64,000 bases of DNA, from positions 8,353-72,352 of the forward strand of contig JBEULL010000004.1 of assembly GCA_041287365.1 (NCBI GenBank). Reading direction: 5' to 3'. The stretch is from Dissulfuribacterales bacterium. GTDB taxonomy: Bacteria; Desulfobacterota; Dissulfuribacteria; Dissulfuribacterales; DYLC01. This document shows, piece by piece, positions 37,620 through 45,592 of this stretch. Made by a program: the position numbers and the translations under genes. How positions within the stretch are numbered: the stretch's first letter is position 1; each line of letters starts with the position of its first letter. The notes below the pieces were generated by a model that was given only the letters and a program-made list of their open reading frames with translations, had not been told where the DNA came from and searched no databases.

Positions 37620-38968
37620 GAGATTCAAAAACTCCAAGAACAACCATTGTCCAGCCGTTTCTATTTCAGGATTATCAGAATAGCCCTTTGATCATACATC
37701 GTTCCGAGCATTGTGTGAGCAGAAAGGATATCGATCGTGAGGCGTTGAAGGTCATGTACAGGCTGCGGGACAACGGCTTTCTGGCCTATCTGGTTGGTGG
37801 AGGTGTGCGGGACATCCTGCTTGGGAAGAGGCCGAAGGATTTCGATATAGGCACTGACGCCAGGCCTGAGGAGATTCAGCGGATATTCCATCACAGCCGC
37901 GTCATAGGAAAACGATTCAAATTGACCCATGTATATTTCAAGGGCGGAAAGGTGATAGAGGTCTCCACCTTTAGAAAACGATCTCTTTCCGAAGAGGAAC
38001 AATCCGATACAACTGACGATTGCATTTATGGCACTCCACAGGAGGACGCCTTTCGTCGTGATCTGACCATAAACGGCCTTTTTTACAACATTGCAGACTT
38101 CAGTATCATCGATTATGTGGGCGGCATGAATGACCTGAAAAACCGTGTCATTCGCGCCATCGGTGATCCGGAAACCAGAATGCTCAGGGACCCAGTGCGT
38201 ATGATGAGGGCCATTCGGCACGCTGCACGTACGGATTTTGACATTGAACCCAGGACATGGGCTGCCATTCAGAAGCTCAGGTATCATATCCGTCTCTGTT
38301 CGCCGCATCGAGTGCGTGATGAATGGCTGAAGGATCTGAAAACCGGTGTGGCCCATAAATGGGCTGCGCTGATGTGGAAATCAGGCATGTTTGAGGCGAT
38401 TTTTCCGCGTTATGCGGAGCGTATAGCAAATCACATGGATGTGGTAAGCGTGCTTATGGAGCAGCTTCTTTCAGCGCTTGGCAGGCATATTTCACTGGAG
38501 ACGCAAGGCAATCAGGGCAACTACGGTGAAGCGGTTTCGCTGGCCTTTTTTGCGTATCCATGTCTGCATGTGATGCCTGAATGGCAGCGGCTGGCCTCTG
38601 AACGTATCCGTTGGCCGGTGCATGAGGTGCGTCAATTGTTGAGTGAGATATTTGAACCCTATGAGCTGAAAAAGGCCATAAAAGACGAGGCCGCCTACCT
38701 ATTGGCATCTCTTTGGCCAATAGGGGTGTGTGCAGTTACACAACAGTGGAGTAAGCGGCTTAAAAACAGGGCGAATTTTGGAATCAGTCTTTCCCTTTAT
38801 AACGCCGTGCAGGAGGCATTGAACGGTCAACCGATATTGCCTGAAGATATCGCCGTTACACCGGTGCCGCAAAAAAAGACCAGAAAAAGACGCAAACGCA
38901 GGTCTCAGGCACGGCTTGAACAACCGGTGGTAGCCGAAAAAATTGATGAAATCGAGGAGATGCCATGA
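37616..38968 (+). CDS. pcnB: Poly(A) polymerase I
   Basis: IIHRSEHCVSRKDIDREALKVMYRLRDNGFLAYLVGGGVRDILLGKRPKDFDIGTDARPEEIQRIF closely parallels E. coli PcnB as I recall it. Basic C-terminal tail. Confidence 0.92.
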   Translation: MRDSKTPRTTIVQPFLFQDYQNSPLIIHRSEHCVSRKDIDREALKVMYRLRDNGFLAYLVGGGVRDILLGKRPKDFDIGTDARPEEIQRIFHHSRVIGKRFKLTHVYFKGGKVIEVSTFRKRSLSEEEQSDTTDDCIYGTPQEDAFRRDLTINGLFYNIADFSIIDYVGGMNDLKNRVIRAIGDPETRMLRDPVRMMRAIRHAARTDFDIEPRTWAAIQKLRYHIRLCSPHRVRDEWLKDLKTGVAHKWAALMWKSGMFEAIFPRYAERIANHMDVVSVLMEQLLSALGRHISLETQGNQGNYGEAVSLAFFAYPCLHVMPEWQRLASERIRWPVHEVRQLLSEIFEPYELKKAIKDEAAYLLASLWPIGVCAVTQQWSKRLKNRANFGISLSLYNAVQEALNGQPILPEDIAVTPVPQKKTRKRRKRRSQARLEQPVVAEKIDEIEEMP

Positions 38969-39393
38969 AACTCAGCCAGAATGCAAAAGAGATGGTATTA
39001 TTGAATATAGACGGCCTCGGCCTTATCGTCGGCGAGATTCGTTTTAACCGCCAGACAGAGACCATAGGTTTCGTGCTGGAAAAGGCCGCATTTTTTGACC
39101 TGTATTTTCCGTGTATGGTGGTGATCGAAAAGAACAACCTCATGCTTCAGCCCCATATACTGGCCAGCCTGTCCACATCCTCCATTCGTGTGCAGCGAAG
39201 CCGTGTCTCCTGTTTCGTAACGGAAACCGAGATCAATCCAGCCCTTGTGTATCAGTACAATGCCATCATCGCCAGCCTTACCGGAGGGCCTGCGCCGCCG
39301 CCATCCGAGAGCAAGCCGCCTGCAAAGAGTACAAAAAAATCCAATGTGGTGTCCATTCAGGACAAATTATTCTCTAACAAGGATGGCAGGTGA
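38965..39393 (+). CDS. Hypothetical protein, translationally coupled to pcnB
   Basis: ATGA start/stop overlap with pcnB. 142 aa, no motif I recognise. Pro/Lys-rich C-terminal tail (GGPAPPPSESKPPAKSTKK). Confidence 0.55.
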   Translation: MKLSQNAKEMVLLNIDGLGLIVGEIRFNRQTETIGFVLEKAAFFDLYFPCMVVIEKNNLMLQPHILASLSTSSIRVQRSRVSCFVTETEINPALVYQYNAIIASLTGGPAPPPSESKPPAKSTKKSNVVSIQDKLFSNKDGR

Positions 39394-39402
39394 TATATTG
39401 TT

Positions 39403-40191
39403 ATGTTGCCCTATCCTGAGATAGACCCTGTCATTTTGCAGCTTGGACCCTTGAGTTTCAGGTGGTATGGGTTTATGTACCTGGTCGGTTTTGTGAGTGG
39501 TTATCTGCTGGTCAGGCGTCAGATTGCCGTTACAGCGGCCTCACCGGTGGAGAAAGAACGGGAATTTTACCTGCTGGACGCCCTGGTGGTGTGGCTGGTC
39601 ATTGGAGTAGTGCTGGGGGGGCGATTGGGTTATGTGTTTTTTTACAATCCGAGTTATTTTTTGTCACATCCACTGGAGATATTCGCAACATGGCAGGGAG
39701 GAATGTCATTTCACGGTGGTGTATTCGGAACGTTATGTGCAGGCTGGTTTTTTGCCCGAAAACATGGTCTGAACTACTGGCTGTGGGCTGACAGGGTCAT
39801 TGTAACGGCTCCCATCGGCCTGGGATTGGGCAGGATAGGCAATTTTATCAACGGTGAGTTATTCGGAAGACCGTCAAATGTGCCATGGGCCATGGTATTC
39901 CCTGCTGGAGGCTTGACCCCTCGTCATCCATCTCAGTTGTATGAGGCATTTCTGGAGGGAGTGGTGCTTTTTGCCGTTCTCTGGCCCACAAGATATAAAA
40001 AATGGCCTGCTGGCCGTAAAACCGCTCTGTTTTTTATGGGTTATTCCGTAGCTCGTTTTGTTGTGGAATTTTTTAGAGAGCCGGATCCACAGCTCGGATT
40101 TGTGGTTATGGGGGTCTTTTCTATGGGCCAGTTGTTGAGTTTTGCCTTCTTTCTGGTGGGTTTGTTCCTTTGGCTGACAAGAAGGGCTTGA
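39403..40191 (+). CDS. lgt: Prolipoprotein diacylglyceryl transferase
   Basis: RWYGFMYLVGF, GGRLGYVFFYN, GRIGNFINGELFGRP. Confidence 0.95.
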   Translation: MLPYPEIDPVILQLGPLSFRWYGFMYLVGFVSGYLLVRRQIAVTAASPVEKEREFYLLDALVVWLVIGVVLGGRLGYVFFYNPSYFLSHPLEIFATWQGGMSFHGGVFGTLCAGWFFARKHGLNYWLWADRVIVTAPIGLGLGRIGNFINGELFGRPSNVPWAMVFPAGGLTPRHPSQLYEAFLEGVVLFAVLWPTRYKKWPAGRKTALFFMGYSVARFVVEFFREPDPQLGFVVMGVFSMGQLLSFAFFLVGLFLWLTRRA

Positions 40192-41060
40192 TTCATGCTT
40201 CTCCATTGCCCAAGGCCGTCAAGGCCATGGGTCAGAATTTTTTGGTGAACAAGGACGTTTGCCGTTCCATCGTGGATGCGGCGGGTTTCGATGCCGAAGA
40301 CACGATTCTGGAGTTGGGACCCGGGCTTGGAGCCATTACATTCGAACTGGCCAAACGAGTGAGGCGTGTGGTGGCGGTGGAATTGGATGCCCGTATGTTC
40401 AATTATCTTGAAGCAAAGGCGCAGGCCGAAGGAATCACGAATATCACGCTGGTTTCAGGCAATATGCTGCATCTATGCTTTGCAAGACTGGCGATGGATA
40501 TGGGTGTGCAGCGACTCAGGATTATCGGCAATTTGCCTTACAATATTTCCAGTCCCATGCTTTTTCACATGGTGGAGGCAAGAGATTACATAGAACAGGC
40601 CGTCGTAATGCTTCAGAAGGAAGTGGCCGACCGCCTCATCGCAAGACCAGGCTGCAAGGATTACGGCATCCTTTCGGTTATTTTTCAGTACTCGGCGAAT
40701 ATAGAACAGCTCTTGCAGGTCGATCCTCATATGTTCAGGCCGGCCCCCAAGGTCATGTCTTCCGTCATCAGAATCCTGTTTCGTTCGGCTGTCAGGCGTG
40801 TCTCTGATTTCCGTCTGTTCGTTCGTTTAGTCAGGGCGGTTTTTCAGCAGCGCAGAAAGACTCTGGCCAATTCACTTCGGGCATTTTTGTGGTCGGATAC
40901 CCTTTCGAGACAGATTGACGCCCAGGAGTGTCTGAATGAGTGTGGCATTCGTCCTGAAAGACGACCAGAGGAATTGACCGTGGAGGAATTCGTGGGGCTT
41001 GCCGAGGTCATTGCAGAAGTTCTAAAACCACTCAGAAAGGAGGATGGGCCGGTGTCATGA
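40170..41060 (+). CDS. rsmA: 16S rRNA (adenine1518/1519-N6)-dimethyltransferase
   Basis: MGQNFLVNKDV, ILELGPGLGAIT, GNLPYNISSP. Confidence 0.93.
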   Translation: MADKKGLIHASPLPKAVKAMGQNFLVNKDVCRSIVDAAGFDAEDTILELGPGLGAITFELAKRVRRVVAVELDARMFNYLEAKAQAEGITNITLVSGNMLHLCFARLAMDMGVQRLRIIGNLPYNISSPMLFHMVEARDYIEQAVVMLQKEVADRLIARPGCKDYGILSVIFQYSANIEQLLQVDPHMFRPAPKVMSSVIRILFRSAVRRVSDFRLFVRLVRAVFQQRRKTLANSLRAFLWSDTLSRQIDAQECLNECGIRPERRPEELTVEEFVGLAEVIAEVLKPLRKEDGPVS

Positions 41061-41602
41061 TAGGTTTTGATGAAACGGTCTTTCCGGAATTGAATTTCCG
41101 CGCACCCAGGGATTTTCATAATACACTGAACTATCTTCGAGACTTTTTTGCGAGCCATGAAGCCGAACTGGCCGAGGTTTTTGCAAGGGCCGATGAGCTC
41201 GAAAAGTCCTTCGATATTATAGACCCGTTCATTCAGAAATACACAGCCATTACCTGTCCTTATTGTGCGGTGGTCTGTTGTGCCAACCGTCATGGAATGC
41301 CGACCTTCGGAGATATAGTGACCTTTCTGGCCATGAGGCGTCAATTGCCGGCATATGATCTATCCATTTCTGCCGGGGCTGCCTGTCAGTTTATGGGGGC
41401 GATGGGTTGCGTCCTGCCCAGACTCGTAAGGCCTTATCGCTGTACCTGGTATTTCTGCGATCCATTGCTGAAGCAGATAGAGATAGGCCCGGCCACCCAT
41501 TACAGGACATTTATTCAATATGTGGAAAGTCTGTCCGCTGCCAGGGGCAGGGTTCTGGAGGCGTTCCATCGTATCTGGTCCATGTACAGGAACGCTTTAT
41601 GA
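41057..41602 (+). CDS. Cys-rich protein, YkgJ-like cysteine-cluster family (tentative)
   Basis: CPYCAVVCC plus CQFMGAMGCVLPRLVRPYRCTWYFC resembles the CxxCxxCC zinc/iron-chelating domain pattern, but the spacing is CxxCxxxCC. ATGA overlap with rsmA. Confidence 0.5.
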   Translation: MIGFDETVFPELNFRAPRDFHNTLNYLRDFFASHEAELAEVFARADELEKSFDIIDPFIQKYTAITCPYCAVVCCANRHGMPTFGDIVTFLAMRRQLPAYDLSISAGAACQFMGAMGCVLPRLVRPYRCTWYFCDPLLKQIEIGPATHYRTFIQYVESLSAARGRVLEAFHRIWSMYRNAL

Positions 41603-41626
41603 GAATCTTGAAAAAAACAATATGTA

Positions 41627-42682
41627 GTGAGGATGAGGTCCGAAGAGACCGTTCATAATATGAGGATCAGTGCCAACCAACTGACATTGCTTCGCATTCT
41701 GCTTTTGCCGTTTCCACTCTTTCTGGTCTATGGAGGTGCATGGTCACGTGTGGCCGCAATCGTGGCTTATACGATTCTGGGGGTTACGGATTATCTGGAC
41801 GGTCTATTGGCCAGAAGGGACGGCCCTACGAAACTGGGGGCTATGTTAGATCCTATTGCAGACAAGATTTTCATAGCCGTAACCTTGGTACCCCTTGTGG
41901 AGTTGCAGATAGTCCCGCTCTGGCTGGCATGGCTGGTGTTTTTCAGGGAATATCTGGTTACGGAGCTCAGGCGTTTTATGACCGGCATCAACCGTCCGCT
42001 GGCAGTCACTGAATTGGCTAAGCTCAAGACCACGCTTCAGATGATAGGTATGGGGCTGATTTTGCTCACAGACACCTTCCCTGACAAGATTGCGACAGGC
42101 TTCTGTCTGGCAGGTGCCTTTATCGCAACCATTTTTTTGGCCATTGCAATACACTGGAAGGAAGGGGTGATCTCATCCCGTCTCAAGTCGGCTTTGCTGT
42201 TTCTGAGTGTAGGGCTTGTATTGTTGCTTGGATTGAATACAAGACACGTAATTCTGGCTTATATGATCGTAATAGTTGGAATAACCTTGATATCCGGTGC
42301 ACAATATGCAGCGATCGGTATTGCCGCCTGTTTCAAGAATGGGTTGGGTGCGTTGATCATGCTTTTGTTCAGCATAGGTGTGCCGCTTTTGCCGCTTGCC
42401 CTCATGAACCATATGCAGGGATTGACGGTCTGGCTGCTCATCTTTCTCCTGTCCTCGGAGTTTGCAGGTCAGGCACTGGAGATGTGGCTGCATCCTGACG
42501 GCCATTCCCTTTTGGTTCGCATCAAAAACATAGCTACCCTGCTGCTTATCCTGGCCGCATGGTTCGGCGTTTGGCGGTTAGGTCTGCCAATGGACTCCAT
42601 CGTCTGGGTTGGAGCCGTCGCTTCAGGCGGTTTCACAATCTGGAATCTGGCCTGTTGCATCCGCACCGGGCAATGCAGGTAA
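41627..42682 (+). CDS. CDP-alcohol phosphatidyltransferase (PgsA-like) with extra C-terminal ~110-aa 4-TM extension
   Basis: DYLDGLLARRDGPTKLGAMLDPIADKIF motif. The PgsA-like core ends near ...ITLISGAQY. The likely true start is the ATG at 41660. Confidence 0.8.
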   Translation: MRMRSEETVHNMRISANQLTLLRILLLPFPLFLVYGGAWSRVAAIVAYTILGVTDYLDGLLARRDGPTKLGAMLDPIADKIFIAVTLVPLVELQIVPLWLAWLVFFREYLVTELRRFMTGINRPLAVTELAKLKTTLQMIGMGLILLTDTFPDKIATGFCLAGAFIATIFLAIAIHWKEGVISSRLKSALLFLSVGLVLLLGLNTRHVILAYMIVIVGITLISGAQYAAIGIAACFKNGLGALIMLLFSIGVPLLPLALMNHMQGLTVWLLIFLLSSEFAGQALEMWLHPDGHSLLVRIKNIATLLLILAAWFGVWRLGLPMDSIVWVGAVASGGFTIWNLACCIRTGQCR

Positions 42683-42688
42683 CAGGGT

Positions 42689-42712
42689 GATAGTCTTGTA
42701 AAAAGTCATCGA
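42689..42712 (+). repeat. Fragment (head only) of the MITE-like repeat, copy D
   Basis: GATAGTCTTGTAAAAAGTCATCGA matches the first ~22 nt of copies A/B/C. Lies between convergent gene ends and overlaps the mltB-like stop. Confidence 0.45.
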
Positions 42713-43593
42713 GGGTGGTATCCGAGCCGTTCCGCCACTCCGAGTACTGCCTTTACATAGGGAATGCTGTGGTTGTATTGATATATGACCTGTTCCTGCG
42801 CCGTCCTGTCGAGGCCGGGTTTCCATCCATAGCCGTTTAGATAATTAGCCATGCTGGCCAGGGCATCTTGAGTGGAAAAGAGGTCTATTCGTCCGTCGTT
42901 ATCGAAGTCTATGCCGAATTTCAGGGCATTTGACGGCATGAATTGACAGATGCCTATGGCACCGAAGATGGAGCCCTGAATGCCTACGGGGTCCATTTGA
43001 TTGCGCCTGGCGTATTCGAGCAATGCCTTCAGTTCGTTATATGCCCAGCGGGATTTTTCCGCCAGTTTGTTGGCGAGCCAGTCTCGATCCATGCCCGTAA
43101 GTGTATCGGCAGGAAGCAACGGAGCGACCTTTTCGATGCTATCGGCCAGGGCCATGCTGGCCAGTATGTTGAACGCCTTGTATCTGCCTGTGAAATTGCC
43201 CAGGTCCGTTTCTATGAGCAGAATGGCCGTCAGTATCTCTGAAGGCACATCGAAACCTTCCTGTACCTGCATGAGCAATTCCTTATTGGTTTTCAGATAG
43301 CTCCTGGCCTTTGATATGTTGCGATCTGTCAAAAAGATATCGTAATGCCTCGGAAGTTCCTTATGCGTGAGCTTTCGCGGCATTATGCCCGCATTGAATC
43401 TTACGTCTTCCCGTTCAAAAAGAGTGATTATTGTAGCCTCGTCCTCTCCATCTGCCACGAGACGTTCTATAAGGGGCACCCAGACAGCCTTTTTTTGCTC
43501 GGCAAGTGCCCCTGCCTCTGCGGAAGAGTGCAGCAACAAGAGTAAAATCAGGCAACAGAGTGAATAAAACCGTTTCTTAGCCGTTCCAGCCAT
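42706..43593 (-). CDS. Lytic murein transglycosylase (MltB family)
   Basis: Signal peptide; SIFGAIGICQFMPSNALKFGIDFDNDGRIDLF; the catalytic region starts at ILLIETDLG. Confidence 0.85.
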   Translation of the reverse strand: MAGTAKKRFYSLCCLILLLLLHSSAEAGALAEQKKAVWVPLIERLVADGEDEATIITLFEREDVRFNAGIMPRKLTHKELPRHYDIFLTDRNISKARSYLKTNKELLMQVQEGFDVPSEILTAILLIETDLGNFTGRYKAFNILASMALADSIEKVAPLLPADTLTGMDRDWLANKLAEKSRWAYNELKALLEYARRNQMDPVGIQGSIFGAIGICQFMPSNALKFGIDFDNDGRIDLFSTQDALASMANYLNGYGWKPGLDRTAQEQVIYQYNHSIPYVKAVLGVAERLGYHPR

Positions 43594-44968
43594 CCGGTGG
43601 GCCTTTGGTGGTCAGTGTCTCCACCAAGACGAGTTTTTGAGGTTCTGGTGTCTCCATCAATTGGGCCAAATGGAGTTGCTGAGCATGGAACTGATCGAGT
43701 TCATGGCCGGACAGGGTAAAGACAGATTTGAATTTGACGGACAATGGGTTCTTCAGGACGCCGTTTTCAGCGATACGATAGTCCAGGTGTGGCCCGGTGG
43801 CTATGCCGGTCATACCTACTCGGGCTACGACCTGTTTCTGGACGACATGCACACCCACCTTGATACCGTCTTCAAATCTGGAGAGATGTGCATACTGCGT
43901 CTCATAACCGCCTGGATGCTTTATGGACAGGGTATTGCCATAGCCGTTTTTCCATCCGGCGAATGAGACTATTCCATCCGCCACAGCCATGACAGGAGTT
44001 CCTACGGGAGCGGAGAGATCGATACCCTGATGAGGACGATCTACCCCTAATACAGGGTGTTTCCGATGCATGGTGAAGTTGGAAGTGACCTTGAAGATGG
44101 GCAAGGGGGATTTCAAAAAGGCGGTGCCTAATGTTTTGCCAGTTTCATCGTAGTAATTGCCTTTCGGGGCATTGGATGGCTTGAAATAGTAGGCATGGTG
44201 TTTCCCCTTGGCACCTTCTAGTTTGGCGGAAAGTATTCGGCCATAGCCCACGAATTGTCCGTTTTTATAGTATTTTTCCAATAACATTTCAAAGCGATCT
44301 CCACGAGTAAGATCGTTGTTGAAATCGATACGGGATGCAAAGATATCGGCAAATGCCAGCGTCAATCGTTCACTTTCTCCAAGACGGGCAAATGCCTGAA
44401 ACAGAGAACCATCGATAGCTCCGGAGAGTTTCACCACATGCCTTTCAAGTGTGATGTCTTCTTTGGCGATGGTCAGATTGTTTTCATCCTCATCGGGCTC
44501 CATTGTGTAGATTTCAAAGGGATTTTTTTCGTAGGTGCAACGAATGAGTTTGCCGGAGTAATCCATGACCAGGGCGAATGCCTCACCCGGTCTACTCTTA
44601 CGTAAGTTGACCACACGAGAGAGCTTTTGAGTGATCTTTTCCGCCAATTCGTCTGCCTGTTTGTCGTGTAAAAGTACTCGTTGCAGCGCCTCGCTGAAGC
44701 TTTCACCCTTTTGAAGGGCACCCGTCAGGACAATGGCTGACTGAATGTTGGTCTCGGCTTTCTGGGTTTGCGATGTTTGGGCCTGGGTCGAAACGGCTGT
44801 TTCTGCAGGGGTGGTGGCCTGAACCGCCTGAACCGCCTGAACCGTTTGTTGTGAAGGAACTGAATTCTGCTGATATGGAGTGGAGTAGTGAATGACTGCA
44901 ATAAAGGACAGAATGATTACGGATAACAATAAGATGTAAAGATTTTTTTGCATTTTCCCTCCTTTCAA
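43577..44968 (-). CDS. M23 family metallopeptidase with N-terminal TM anchor and Gln/Thr/Ala-rich linker
   Basis: HQGIDLSAPVGTPVMAVADGIV...GYETQYAHLS...GPHLDYR (HxxxD / HxH motifs). Confidence 0.9.
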   Translation of the reverse strand: MKGGKMQKNLYILLLSVIILSFIAVIHYSTPYQQNSVPSQQTVQAVQAVQATTPAETAVSTQAQTSQTQKAETNIQSAIVLTGALQKGESFSEALQRVLLHDKQADELAEKITQKLSRVVNLRKSRPGEAFALVMDYSGKLIRCTYEKNPFEIYTMEPDEDENNLTIAKEDITLERHVVKLSGAIDGSLFQAFARLGESERLTLAFADIFASRIDFNNDLTRGDRFEMLLEKYYKNGQFVGYGRILSAKLEGAKGKHHAYYFKPSNAPKGNYYDETGKTLGTAFLKSPLPIFKVTSNFTMHRKHPVLGVDRPHQGIDLSAPVGTPVMAVADGIVSFAGWKNGYGNTLSIKHPGGYETQYAHLSRFEDGIKVGVHVVQKQVVARVGMTGIATGPHLDYRIAENGVLKNPLSVKFKSVFTLSGHELDQFHAQQLHLAQLMETPEPQKLVLVETLTTKGPPDGWNG

Positions 44969-45161
44969 TCAGGGGCGTTTTGCCACGACACTACACATGG
45001 GATGCCCTCTACTCCCTGTTTTTCAGGGTGTTTTTTTGAAATTATTTTTCAAAATACATAAAAAATTGTCTAAACTTGTAAAAATTATTATAAAAAACAA
45101 GCTGATAGCATTTAATATACCGTATAAAATTCAAAAAACAACCCAAATGGGTGCTATGTGA

Positions 45162-45548
45162 TTAGATTGCCTTTATCCAGATGCTGCGGGTTCTGGGGCC
45201 GTCGAATTCGCAGAAAAATATCCTTTGCCATGTGCCGAGGCATAAACCGCCTTTTTCAACCGGAATCAGCACGGACGACCCTGTCAGGGCTGTTTGAATG
45301 TGGGCAGGGGAATTGCCTTCCATGTGGCGGTAGTGCAGGTCAGGGGTGATACGTTTCAGCGCCTGAATCAGGTCTTCCCTGACAGCAGGGTCTGCACCTT
45401 CGTTGATGAGAATGCCTGCGGTGGTGTGCGGAACGAAGACCAGTACAATGCCGTCCGATATGCCGAGGTCTGTGATCACTGACTGCACTTCACCGGTGAT
45501 GTCCAGGAGTTCCATTGCAGCATGGGTCTTGATGGTTAGTTGCTTCAT
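45162..45548 (-). CDS. YjbQ/UPF0047 family (secondary thiamine-phosphate synthase enzyme)
   Basis: LDITGEVQSVI...VFVPHTTAGILINEGADPAVREDL...GNSPAHIQ. Confidence 0.88.
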   Translation of the reverse strand: MKQLTIKTHAAMELLDITGEVQSVITDLGISDGIVLVFVPHTTAGILINEGADPAVREDLIQALKRITPDLHYRHMEGNSPAHIQTALTGSSVLIPVEKGGLCLGTWQRIFFCEFDGPRTRSIWIKAI

Positions 45549-45592
45549 TGGTGTCTCCTCTGCTTGAGAGATATCTATTAGTGTGTTTTAGT

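Noticed and set aside
45020-45110. AT-rich region with small inverted repeats (CCCTG-ttttt-CAGGG; CTTGTAAAAATTATTATAAAAAACAAG) between the yjbQ-like and M23 genes.
   Set aside because: The stems are only 5 bp, with no proper U-tract in the relevant orientation. It most likely just marks the AT-rich promoter region of the M23 peptidase gene. The resemblance to the repeat head (CTTGTAAAAA) is too short to claim.
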